Origin: Somniosus microcephalus
Taxonomy: Eukaryota
Assembly: GCA_052327205.1 (NCBI GenBank)
Contig: CM126204.1
Coordinates: 212,970,001 to 213,034,000, forward strand
DNA length: 64,000 nucleotides
Direction: 5' to 3'
Below the pieces are notes generated by a model. The model was not told the origin of the DNA. It searched no databases and saw only the letters and a program-made list of their open reading frames with translations. Shown piece after piece: positions 1 through 11,700 of this stretch (its first letter is position 1; every line of letters starts with the position of its first letter). The translations under genes were made by a program, and so were the position numbers.

Positions 1-444
1 CAGCAATCACAAGACACACTGATCGTTTAGACACAGCAATCACCAGACACACTGTGCGTCTAGACCACAGCAATCACCAGATACACTGAGCATCTGGACA
101 CAGCAATCACTAGACACACTGGGCATCTGCACACAACAATCACCTGACACATCGAGCATGTAGACACAGCAATCACAAGACACACTGAGCATCTAGACAC
201 AGCAATCATCTGACACACTGAGCGCCTGGACACAGCAATCACCAGACACACTGAGTGTCTAGACACATCAATCACAAGACACACTGACTCTCTAGACACA
301 GCAATGATAGGACACACTGAGGGTCTAGACACAGCAATCACCAGACACACTGAGTGTCTAGGCCACAACAATCACCAGACACACTGAGCATCTGGACATA
401 GCAATCACTAGATACACTGAGCGTCTAGACAGAGCAAACACCAG
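1..444 (+). repeat. 33-bp satellite array, segment 1
   Basis: Tandem copies of GACACAGCAATCACCAGACACACTGAGCRTCTA. Ends at ...gcaaacaccag, where it is fused to Harbinger-internal sequence. Confidence 0.97.
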
Positions 445-1071
445 GAGTATCAGGCAGATTTTGTCTCCAGGGTCGCTGCGAGTGTGTAGCGAATGGAGGA
501 GTCCATAGCGACCAAGGTGTCCCATGCTTCTCGTAGATGCCTCCGCTGAGGAAGCGCTGAGTGAGGGTGGCGAGAGGGGCTTCCCAGGAGAACGCATTGG
601 AGAAGTGTGTGAGGCTCCAACCTTCCACAGCTGTGCCTAAGACTTGAAGAAGTAGCCCCAAACCTGCAACAACAAGGTCCTTCAACATACAAGTGCTGTC
701 CCTTTAAATCGCAGCTTCTCCGATTGACCTGCAGCTGACAGCAAGCAAGCCGGCAAGCTTCACGCCAGGTCTCAGCAGCGGGGTTCCCCGCAGGCGGGTT
801 TGATGTGGGGAAAGCCCCAAAGTTGCAACGGCCCCGGAATAACTACCTCAACAAGCTGATAATTGGTAATTAGTGTGCCGATGACCAGTCCCGCCAGCGG
901 CGGCCGGGACTGAAGCGGGTCGCGGGGAAACGGCAGTCCGAAAGTCGGACGGGGCAGGGAATCAGGCGCGGGGGGGTCCCGACCCGCTTTTTCGCCCGAC
1001 CCGCTTTTTCGCCGATTTTCGGCCCCCGGCCACATGAAAAGCCGCCCGACGGCGGCCAGAAAATTGACCCC
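442..1071 (+). mobile_element. Truncated, internally deleted non-autonomous Harbinger (copy A; right part only)
   Basis: 442-514 matches 2203-2275 and 514-1071 matches 2677-3215 of copy B. Ends in GAAAATTGACCCC, followed by TGA-GTGTCT satellite. The left TIR is missing. Confidence 0.88.
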
Positions 1072-1338
1072 TGAGTGTCTAAACAAAGTAATAACAAGAC
1101 ACACTGAGCGTGTAGACACAGCAATCACCAGACACACTGAGCATCTGGACATAGCAATCACCGGACACACTGAGCATCTGGACATAGCAATCACCAGACA
1201 CACTGAGCATCTAGACACAGCAATCACTAGACACAGTGAGCGTCTAGACACAACAATCACCACAAACACTGAGCGTCAAGAAATAGCAATTACAAGACAC
1301 ACTGAGCGTCTGGACACAGCAACCACCAGAAACACTGA
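1072..1338 (+). repeat. 33-bp satellite array, segment 2 (~8 units)
   Basis: Same monomer. Begins and ends with the TGA trinucleotide used as the Harbinger target. Confidence 0.97.
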
Positions 1339-1593
1339 GGCCCCGATTTTCGGCTTGTGTGGGAAATGGTCGGGTTTCCCCGAATGTGGGGTTTCTGACA
1401 CACATAAAAATGTGTCAGCCAGCTCCATGCAATTTTCCCTCAAGTGGCCAATTAATTCCCAGCATGTGGGAAGCCTTGCTAATTGTCCAATTCGAGTCAG
1501 AAATCCCCACAGTATGATGTCATCATTCGTGGTGCTTTCAAGGTCCATCGCAAGCACTGCAGCCTCTGAAGGCTTCCAAACAAAGCATACAGG

Positions 1594-2500
1594 ATGACAG
1601 AGGAGCCTGCAGCAGCTGTGGCCAGTGCCAGACCCCGAGCTGCCTTCAAATTCGACGAGGCTTTACTGCAGGCATTATTGGATGGGATTAGTGCCCACAG
1701 GGAGGTCCTCTTCCCTAGGTCAGGGAGGAAGAGGCCTCCCACTGAGGCCAATGCTGCATGGATGCAGGTGTCAGCAGATGCCAACTCGCTGGGAATCACC
1801 AGAAGAACCTTGGCATTACATCTCTAACTCCTTCCTTTACTCCCCCACCGTACCATCCAGAGCCCCCGTCCTCACTGTGGAGGAGGAAGAGGCTGTGCTG
1901 CCAGACTCCTCAGAGGAAGCTCCAACCTCTGAGGGTGCAGCGTCAGCAGAAGTAAGCGCACCCAGCACCAGCGCAGACACTCACACCTCGGGGGGACCTT
2001 CGAGACATAGAGTAGTGTTGTCACCTGGTGTTTCACAGCTCACAAGTGAGCTTCAGCAGATTCTGGAGACAGGGACAACAGTAGAGAGTCCTCGTCAGAG
2101 GGTGCAGGACTCTGCCAGTGCAGCTCAGCTGCGCTGCATGTCGACCCTCTGCCTCTGGGTCCATCCGCAAGAGAAGAGGTGATGGATCTCCATGCACAGA
2201 TGCAGGAGTCTCTGGCAGGTTTTGTCTCCAGGGTCATTGCGAGTGTGGAGCGTATGGAGGAGTCCATAGCGACCATGAGCAGAGCCTTTGTGGAGTCATT
2301 GGCGCATGAACGCATCACCATGGAAAGGTTGGCAACCTCCATGGAGGAGATAACTCGCCAGGGGACGGAAAACATGGTGAGTGCTCATAAGAGAATGACA
2401 TCTCTTGAGCGTTGGCCATCTGTTGAACAGAGAAACCAGATCTTCATGGAAGTCATTCTGAGTAGGACTGCCAGTGCCGAAACGGGTCCCCATGGCCCCC
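1594..2500 (+). pseudogene. Disrupted Harbinger Myb/SANT-like gene remnant
   Basis: MTEEPAAAVASARPRAAFKFDEALLQALLDGISAHREVLFPRSGRKRP...AWMQVS resembles the N-terminal half of the Myb/SANT domain at 59876-60112 (RAQRFSEHDLRVLVGAVEKRRHILFP..GKKP...AW). It breaks off before the QCRKK helix. An acidic/Ser-rich segment and a coiled-coil-like segment follow (2179 onward) in other frames. Confidence 0.75.
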
Positions 2501-2520
2501 TAAAGCACAGCAAGGTGCTC

Positions 2521-2688
2521 TCAAGCCACTTCCAAGCGCTGGCCCCTTCTGGCCTGTGCAGCTTCAGGTGAGTGAGCAGCAGCCTGGTGCTCCTGGTGCT
2601 CATCCTGCTGTTCCTGGTTCTGCTGCTGCCGCCTCTGCTGCTGGAGATCCTGTAATGGCAAGAAGGGAAGGAAAAAAAGGCGTCCCAT
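2521..2688 (-). pseudogene. Probable N-terminal remnant of the Harbinger transposase gene
   Basis: Short MG...QQQRRQQQ...RRGQR ORF convergent on the Myb remnant, downstream of a TTTAAA box. It lies where the transposase lies in the full-length element. No catalytic core remains, so the call rests on position. Confidence 0.45.
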
Positions 2689-3215
2689 GCTTCTCGTAGA
2701 TGCCTCCGCTGAGGAAGCGCTGAGTGAGGGTGGCGAGAGGGGCTTCCCAGGAGATCGCATTGGAGAAGTGTGTGAGGCTCCAACCTTCCACAGCTGTGCC
2801 TAAGCCTTGAAGATGTAGCCCCAAACCTGCAACAGCAAGGTCCTTCAACATACAAGTGCTGTCCCTTTAAATCGCAGCTTCTCCGATTGACCTGCAGCTG
2901 ACAGCAAGCAAGCCGGCAAGCTTCACGCCAGGTCTCAGCAGCGGGGTTCCCCGCAGGCGGGTTTGATGTGGGGAAAGCCCCAAAGTTGCAACGGCCCCGG
3001 AATAACTACCTCAACAAGCTGATAATTGGTAATTAGTGTGCCGATGACCAGTCCCGCCAGCGGCGGCCGGGACTGAAGCGGGTCGCGGGGAAACGGCAGT
3101 CCGGAAGTCGAACGGGGCGGGGAATCAGGCGGGGGAGTCCCGACCCACTTTTACGGCGATTTATGGCCCCCGACCGCCTGAAAAGCCGCCCGGTGGCGGC
3201 CAGAATATTGACCCC

Positions 3216-3914
3216 TGAGCGTCTAGACTACAGCAATCACCAGACAGATTGAGCATCTGGACACAGCAATCACCAGACACACTGAGCGTCTAGACACAGC
3301 AATCACTAGACACACTGAGCATCTACACACAACAATCACCAGACACACTGACCGTCTGGACACAGGGATCACCACAAACACTGAACATCAAGAAACAACA
3401 ATCACCAGACACACTGAGCGTCTGGACACGACAATCACCAGACACACTAAGTGTCTAGACACAGCAATCACCTGACACACTGAGCGTCCAGACACAGCAA
3501 TCACCAGACACACTGAGCGTCTAGCCACAGCAATCACCAGACACACTGAGCATCTAGCCACAGCAATCACCAGACACACTGAGCGTCTAGCCACAGCAAT
3601 CACCAGACACAATGAGCATCTAGACACAGCAATCAATAGACACACTGAGCGTCTAGAAAACAGCAATCACCAGACACACTGAGCATCTGGACACAGCAAT
3701 CACCAGACACACTTAACATCTAGACACAGCAATCACCTGACACACTGCGTGTCTAGACACAGCAATCACAAGACACACTGAGCGTCTAGACACAGCAATG
3801 ACAGGACACAATGAGCGTCAAGACACAGCAATCACCAGACAAACTGAGCATCTAGACCACAGCAATCACCAGACACACTGAGCGTCTGGACACAGAAATC
3901 ACCAGAAACACCAA
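3216..3914 (+). repeat. 33-bp satellite array, segment 3 (~21 units)
   Basis: Same monomer; spacer between the two inverted Harbinger copies. Confidence 0.97.
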
Positions 3915-5796
3915 GGCCCCGATTTTCGGGCAGCTGTCGGGCGGCTTTTCATGCGGCCGTGGTCCGAAAATCGCGGAAAAAGCGGGTCGGGACCCCCCCC
4001 GCCTGATTCCCCGCCCCGTCCAACTTTCGGACCGCCGTTTCCACGCGCCCCGCTTCAGTCCCGCCCGCCGCTGGCGGGACTGCTCGTCGGAGCACTAATC
4101 ACCAATGATCACCTTGTTAAGGACGATTTTCCCGTGCCGTTGCGACTTTGGGGCTTTCCCCACCTGAAACCCGCCTGCGGGGAACCCCGCCGATGAGAGC
4201 TGGCGTGAAAACAGCTGGCTTGCTTGCTTGCAGCAGCAGGGCTGAGGGCTGAAGATATTTAAAGAGGCAGCATTTGTAGGCTGCAGGGCCTTGTTGATCA
4301 AGGCTTGGGGGAACTATTTGAAGCCTTAGGAGCAGCTGCAGAAAGTTGGAGCCTCACACACTTCTTCAGTGTGAGCTCCTGGGAAGCCCCTCTCACCACC
4401 CTAACTCAGGACCTCCTCAACCGAGGCATCTGCTAGAAGCATGGGAGGCCTTTGGCACCTTCCCTTCCTGGCATTAGAGGATCTCCAACAGCAGAGGTGG
4501 CAGCAGCAGAACCAGGAACAGCATGATGATTACCAGGAGCACCAGGCTGCTGCTCACTCACCTGAAGCTGCACAAGCCAGAAGGGGCCAGCGCTTGGAAG
4601 TGGCTTGAGAGCACCTTGCTGCGCTTTAGGGGGCCAGTGGGACCCGTTTCTGCACTGGCAGTCCGACTCAGAAGGACTTCCATGAAGATCTGGTTTCTCT
4701 GTTCAACAGATGGCCAACGCTCCTCAAGAGATGTCATTCTCTTATGAGCACTCACCATGTTTTCCGTACCCTGGCGAGTTATCTCCTCCATGGAGGTTGC
4801 CCACCTTTCCATGGTGCTGCGTTCATGCACCAATGACTCCACAAAGGTTCTGCTCATAGTCGCTATGGACTCCTCCATTCGCTCCACACTTGCAGCGACC
4901 CTGGAGACAAAACCTGCCAGAGACTCCTGCATCTGTGCATGGAGATCCATCACCTCTTCTCTTGCGGATGGACCCAGAGGCAGAGGGTCGAGATGCAGCG
5001 CAGCTGAGCTGAGCTGGCAGAGCCCTGCGCCCTCCGACGAGGACTCTCCACTGTTGTCCCTGTCTCCAGAATCTGCTGAAGCTCACTTGTCAGCTGTGAA
5101 ACACCAGGTGACAACACTACTCTATGTCCCAAAGGTCCCCCCGAGGTGTGAGTGTCTGCGCTGGTGCTGGGTGCGCTTACTTCTGCTGACGCTGCGCCCT
5201 CAGAGGTTGGAGCTTCCTCTGAGGAGTCTGGCTGCACAGCCTCGCCTCTTCTCCTCCACAGTGAGGACGGGGGCTCTGGATGGTACTGTGGGGGAATAAA
5301 GGAAGGAGTTACAGATGTAATGCCAAGGTTCCTCTGGTGACTCCCAGCGAGTTGGCATCTGCTGACACCTGCATCCATGCAGCATTGGTCTCAGTGGGAG
5401 GCCTTTTCCTCCCTGACCTGGGGAAGAGGACCTCCCTGTGGGCCCTAACCCCATCCAATAATGCCTGCAGTGAAGCCTCGTCGAATTTGAAGGCAGCTCG
5501 GGGTCTGGCACTGGCCACAGCTGCTGCAGCTCCTCTGCCATCCTGTATGGTTCATTTGGAAGCCTTCAGAGAATGCACTGCTTGCCATGGACCTTGAAAG
5601 CACCACGAATGATGACATCATACTGTGGGGATTTCTGACTCGAATTGGACAATTAGCAAGGCTTCCCACATGCTGGGAATTAATTGGCCAATTGAGGGAA
5701 AATTGTGTGGGGCTGGCTGACACTTTTTTATGTGTGTCAGAAACCCCACATTCGGGGAAATCCGACCATTTCCCACACAAGCCGAAAATCGGGGCC
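3915..5796 (-). mobile_element. Non-autonomous PIF/Harbinger DNA transposon (copy C, ~1.88 kb)
   Basis: Perfect 15-bp TIRs GGCCCCGATTTTCGG (3915-3929) / CCGAAAATCGGGGCC (5782-5796). 3-bp TSD CAA (3912-3914, 5797-5799). Same internal structure as copy B, inverted. Confidence 0.95.
4630..5541 (-). pseudogene. Disrupted Harbinger Myb/SANT-like gene remnant (copy C)
   Basis: ARPRAAFKFDEASLQALLDGVRAHREVLFPRSGRKRPP..AAWMQVS plus downstream acidic and coiled-coil-like segments. Has frameshifts and the same truncation point as copy B. Confidence 0.75.
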
Positions 5797-8700
5797 CAAG
5801 TGTCTAGACACAGCAATCACAAGGCACACTGAGCGTGTAGACAAAGCAATCACCAGACACACTCAGCATCTGTATACAGCAGTCACCAGACACACTGAGC
5901 GTCTAGACACAGCAATCTCCAGAAACACTGAGCACCAAGAAACAGCAATCACCAGACACACTGAGCGTCTGGACACGACAATCATCAGGCACACTGAGCG
6001 CCTAGGCACAGCGATCACCAGACACACTGAGCGTCTGGGCACAGCAATCACCAGACACACTGAGCGTCTGGACACAGCAATCACCAGACACAGAGCGTCT
6101 GGACAGAGCAATCACTAGACACACTGAGTGTCTAGACACAGCAACCTCCAGAAACACTGAGTGTCTAAACACAGCAATCATCAGACACACTGAGCATCTG
6201 GAGACAGCAATCACCAGACACACTGAGCATCTAGGCACAGCAATCACGAGACACACTGAGCGTCAAGAAACAGCAATCCCCAGACACACTGAGCATCTGG
6301 ACATGACAATCACCAGACACACTGAGTGTCCAGCCACAGCAATCACCAGACACACTGAGCGAGTAGCCACAACAATCACCAGACACAATGAGCATCTAGA
6401 CACATCAATCACCAGACACACTGAACAGCTAGTAAAAGAGCAATCACCAGACGCACTGAACATCTGGACACAGCAATCACTAGACACACTGAGCGTCTAG
6501 ATACAACAATCACCAGACACACTGAGCGTCTGGACACAGCAATCACTACAAACACTGAGTGTCAAGAAACAGCAATCACCAGACTAACTGAGTGTCTAGA
6601 CGCATCAATCACCAGACGCACTGAGCATCTAGACACAGCAATCACCTGACACACTTAGCATCTAGACACGGCAATCACCTGACACACTGAGTGTCTAGAC
6701 ACAGCAATCACAAGACACACTGAGCATCTAGACACAGCAATGACAGGACACAATGAGCACCTGGACACAGCAATCACTAAACACACTGAGCATTGAGAGC
6801 ACAGCAATCACCAGACACACTGAGCATCTGGACACAGCAATCACCAGAAACACTGAGCGTGTAGACAAAGGAATCACCAGACACGCTCAGCATCTGGACT
6901 CAGCAATCACCAGGCACACTGAGCACCTAGACACAACAATCACCAGACACACTGAGCGTCTGGACACAGCAATCACCAAAAACACTGAGTGTCAAGAAAC
7001 AGCAATCACAAGACACACTGAGAATCTAGACACAGCAATCACAACAGGCACTGAGCGTCTAGACACAGCAATCACCAGACACACTGAGCGTCGAGACACA
7101 GCAATCATCAGACACACTGAGCGTCTGGAGACAGCAATCACCAGACACACTGAGCATCTAGGCACAGCAATCACGAGACACACTGAGCGTCAAGAAACAG
7201 CAATCCCCAGACACACTGAGCGTCTGGACATGACAATCACCAGACACACTGAGTGTCCAGCCACAGCAATCACCAGACACACTGAGCGAGTAGCCACAAC
7301 AATCACCAGACACAATGAGCATCTAGACACGTCAATCACCAGACACACTGAACAGCTAGTAAAAGAGCAATCACCAGACGCACTGAACATCTGGACACAG
7401 CAATCACTAGACACACTGAGCGTCTAGATACAACAATCACCAGACACACTGAGCGTCTGGACACAGCAATCACTACAAACACTGAGTGTCAAGAAATAGC
7501 AATCACCAGACTAACTGAGTGTCTAGACGCATCAATCACCAGACACACTGAGCATGTAGACACAGCAATCACCTGACACACTAAGCGCCCAGACACAGCA
7601 ATCCGCAGACACACTGAGTGTCTAGCCACAGCAATCACCAGACACAATGAGCATCTAGACACAGCAATCACCAGACACACTTAGCATCTAGACACGGCAA
7701 TCACCTGACACACTGAGCATCTAGACACAGCAATGACAGGACACAATGAGCGCCTGGACACAGCAATCACTAGACACACTGAGCATCTAGACACAGCAAT
7801 GACAGGACACAATGAGCGCCTGGACACAGCAATCACTAGACACACTGAGCATTGAGAGCACAGCAATCACCAGACACACTGAGAATCTAGACACAGCAAT
7901 CACAACAGGCACTGAGCGTCTAGACACAGCAATCACCAGACACACTGAGCGTATAGACACAGCAATCACAATACACACTGAGCATCTAGACACAGCAATC
8001 ACCAGACACACCGAGCATCTGGACAGATCAATCACAGGACACTATGAGTGTCTAGACACAGCAATGACAGGACACACTGAGCATCTATACACAGCAATCA
8101 CCAGACACACTGAGCATGAAACATAGCAATCACCAGGCATACTGAGTGTCTGAACAGAGCAATCACCAGACATACTGAGCATCTAGACATAGCAATCACC
8201 AGACATATTAAGCGTCTGGACACAGCAATCACAAGACACACTGAGCATCTAGACACAGCAATCCCCAGACACCTGAGCGTCTAGACACAGCAATCACAAG
8301 GCACACTGAGCATCTGGACACAGCAATCACTAGACACACTGAGCGTCTAGACACAGCAATCACCTGACACACCAAGCACCCAGACACAGCAATCAGCAGA
8401 CACACTGAGCGTCTAGCCACAGCAATCACCAGACACAATGAGCATCTGGACACAGCAATCACCAGACACACTTAGCATCTAGAAACAGCAGCACAAGACA
8501 CACTGAGCGTCTAGACACAGCAATGACAGGACACAATGAGCGTCAAGACACAGCAATCACCAGACACACTGAGCATCTAGACCACAGCAATCACCAGACA
8601 CACTGAGCGTCTGGACACAGCAATCATCAGAAACACTGAGTGTCTAGACACAGCAATCACAAGGCGCACTGAGCGTGTAGACAAAGCAATCACCAGACAC

Positions 8701-11700
8701 ACTCAGCATCTGGACACAGCAATCACCAGGCACACTGAGCGCCTAGACACAACAATCACCAGACACACTGAGCGTCTGGATACAGCAATCACCACAAACA
8801 CTGAGCGTCAAGAAACAACAATCACCAGACACACTGAGCGTCTGGACACAGCAATCACCAGACACACTGAGCGTCTAGACACAGCAATCAGCAGACACAG
8901 CGAGTGTCTAGACACAGAAATCACCAGACACGCTGAGCGTCTGGACACAGCAATCACCAGACACACTGAGCATCTAGACACAGCAATCACCAGACACCTT
9001 GAGGTGCTAGACAGCAATCACAAGACACACTGTGCATCTAAACACAGCAATCTCCAGACACACTGAGCATCTGAACACAGCAATCACAAGACACACCAAA
9101 CATCTAGACACAGCAATCACCAGACACACTGAGCAGCTGGACACAGCAATTACAAGACACGCTGAAAGTCTAGACACAGCAATCACAAGACACACTGAGC
9201 GTCTGGACACAGCAATCAAAAGAGACAGGGCGTCTGGACACAGCAATCACAAAACGCACTGAGCATCTGGACACAGCAATCACCAAAGACACTGAGCGTC
9301 TAAACACAGCAATCACCAGACACACTGAGCGTATAGACACAGCAATCACAATACACACTGAGCATCTGGACAGATCAATCACAGGACAATGTGAGTGTCT
9401 AGGCACTGCAATCACCTGACACACTGAGCGTCTGGACACAGCAATCACCAGACACACTGAGCATCTAGACAGAGAAATCAGCAGACACAGCCCGCGTCTA
9501 GACACAGTAATCACCAGACACACTGAGCGTTTGCACACAGCAATCACCTGACTCATCGAACATCTAGACACAGCAATCACAAGACACACTGAGCATCTAG
9601 AGACAGCAATCATCTGACACACTGAGCGCCTGGACACAGCAATCACCAGACAAACTGAGTGTCTGGACACAGCAATCACCAGACACACTGAGCTTCTACA
9701 CACAGCAATCACAAGACACACTGAGAGTCTAGACACAGCAATGACAGGACAAACTGAGCATCTAGACACAGCAATCACCAGGCACACCGAGTGTCTAGAC
9801 CACAGCAATCACCAGACACACTGAGCATCTAGACACGGCAATCACCAGACACACTGAGCGACTAGACATAGCAATCACCAGACATACTGAGTGTCTGGAC
9901 AGAGCAATCACCAGACTTACTGAGCGTCTAGACATAGCAATCGCCAGACATACTGAGTGTCTGGACACAGCAATCACAAGACACACTGAGCATCTAGACA
10001 CAGCAATCACCAGACACCTGAGCGTCTAGACACAGCAATCACCAGACACACTGAGCGACTGGACACAACAATCAGCAGCCACACTGAGCTTCTACATACA
10101 GCAATCACCAGACACCTTGAGGTGCTAGACAGCAATCACTAGACACACTGTGTGTCCAGACACAGCAATCTCCAGACACACTGAGCGTGTGGACACAGCA
10201 ATCACTAGACACAGTGAGCGTCTAGACACAACAATCACCACAAACACTGAGCGTCATGAAACAGCAATCACAAGACACACTGAGCATCTGGACACATCAA
10301 TCACAAGACACACTGAGCATCTGGACAGATCGATCACAAGACACACTGAGCGTCTAGACACTGCAATCACCTGACACACTGAGCGTTTGGACACAGCAAT
10401 CACTAGATTCACTGAGCGTCTAGGCACAGCAATCACAAGACACACTAAGCATCTAGACACAGCAATCACCAGACACACTGAGCGGCTGGACACAGCAATT
10501 ACAAGATACACTGAGCCTTTAGACACATCAAACACAAGACACAATGAGAGTCTAGACATAGCAATCACCAGACACACTGAGCGTCTAGACACAGCAATCA
10601 CACGACACACTGAGTGTCTGGACACAGCATTCAACAGACACACTGAGCGTCTAGACGCAGCAATCACCAGACACACCGAGCATCTGGACAGATCAATCAC
10701 CAGACACATTGAGTGTCTAGACACAGCAATCACCAGACAAAACTGAGTGTCTACACACAGCAATCACCAGACACACTCAGCGTCTGGACACAGCAATCAC
10801 CACAAAAACTGAGGGTGAAGAAACAGCAATCACAAGACACACTGAGAATCTAGACACAGCAATCACCACAGACACTGAGCGTCTAGACACAGTAATCAGC
10901 AGATACACCGAGCATCTAGACACAGCAATCACCAGACACATTGAGCATCTAAACACAGCAATTACAAGACACACTGAGTGCCTAGACACAGCAATCACCA
11001 GACACACTGAGTGTCTGTACACAGCAATCACCACGCACACTGAGCGCCTAGACACAGCAATCACCAGACACACTGAGTGTCTGGACACAGCAATCACCAC
11101 AAACACTGAGCGTCAAGAAACAACAATCACAAGACACACTGAGCGTCTAGACACAGCAATCACAAGACACACTGAGCGTCTGGACACAGCAATCAAAAGA
11201 GACAGAGCGTCTGGACACAGCAATCACAAAACGCACTGAGCATCTGGACACAGCAATCACCAAAGACACTGAGCGTCTAAACACAGCAATCACTAGACAC
11301 AGTGAGCATCTAGACACAGCAATCACCAGACACACTGAGCGTATAGACACAGCAATCACAATACACACTGAGCATCTGGACAGATCAATCACAGGACAAT
11401 GTGAGTGTCTAGACACTGCAATCACCTGACACACTGAGCGTCTGGACACAGCAATCACCAGACACACTGAGCATCTAGACAGAGCAATCAGCAGACACAG
11501 CCAGCGTCTAGACACAACAATCACCAGACAAACTGAGTGTCTGGACACAGCAATGACAAGACAAACTGAGCTTCTACACACAGCAATCACAAGACACACT
11601 GAGAGTCTAGACACAGCAATGACAAGACAAACTGAGCATCTAGCCACAGCAATCACCAGACACACTGAGCGACTAGACATAGCAATCACCAGACACACTG

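Larger units (their letters stand above)
1339..3215 (+). mobile_element. Non-autonomous PIF/Harbinger DNA transposon (copy B, ~1.88 kb)
   Basis: TGA on both sides (1336-1338, 3216-3218). Left end GGCCCCGATTTTCGG; right end reverse-complements to GGGGTCAATATTCTGG (imperfect TIR). Carries Myb/SANT gene remnants and is homologous end to end to 3915-5796 in inverted orientation. Confidence 0.9.
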
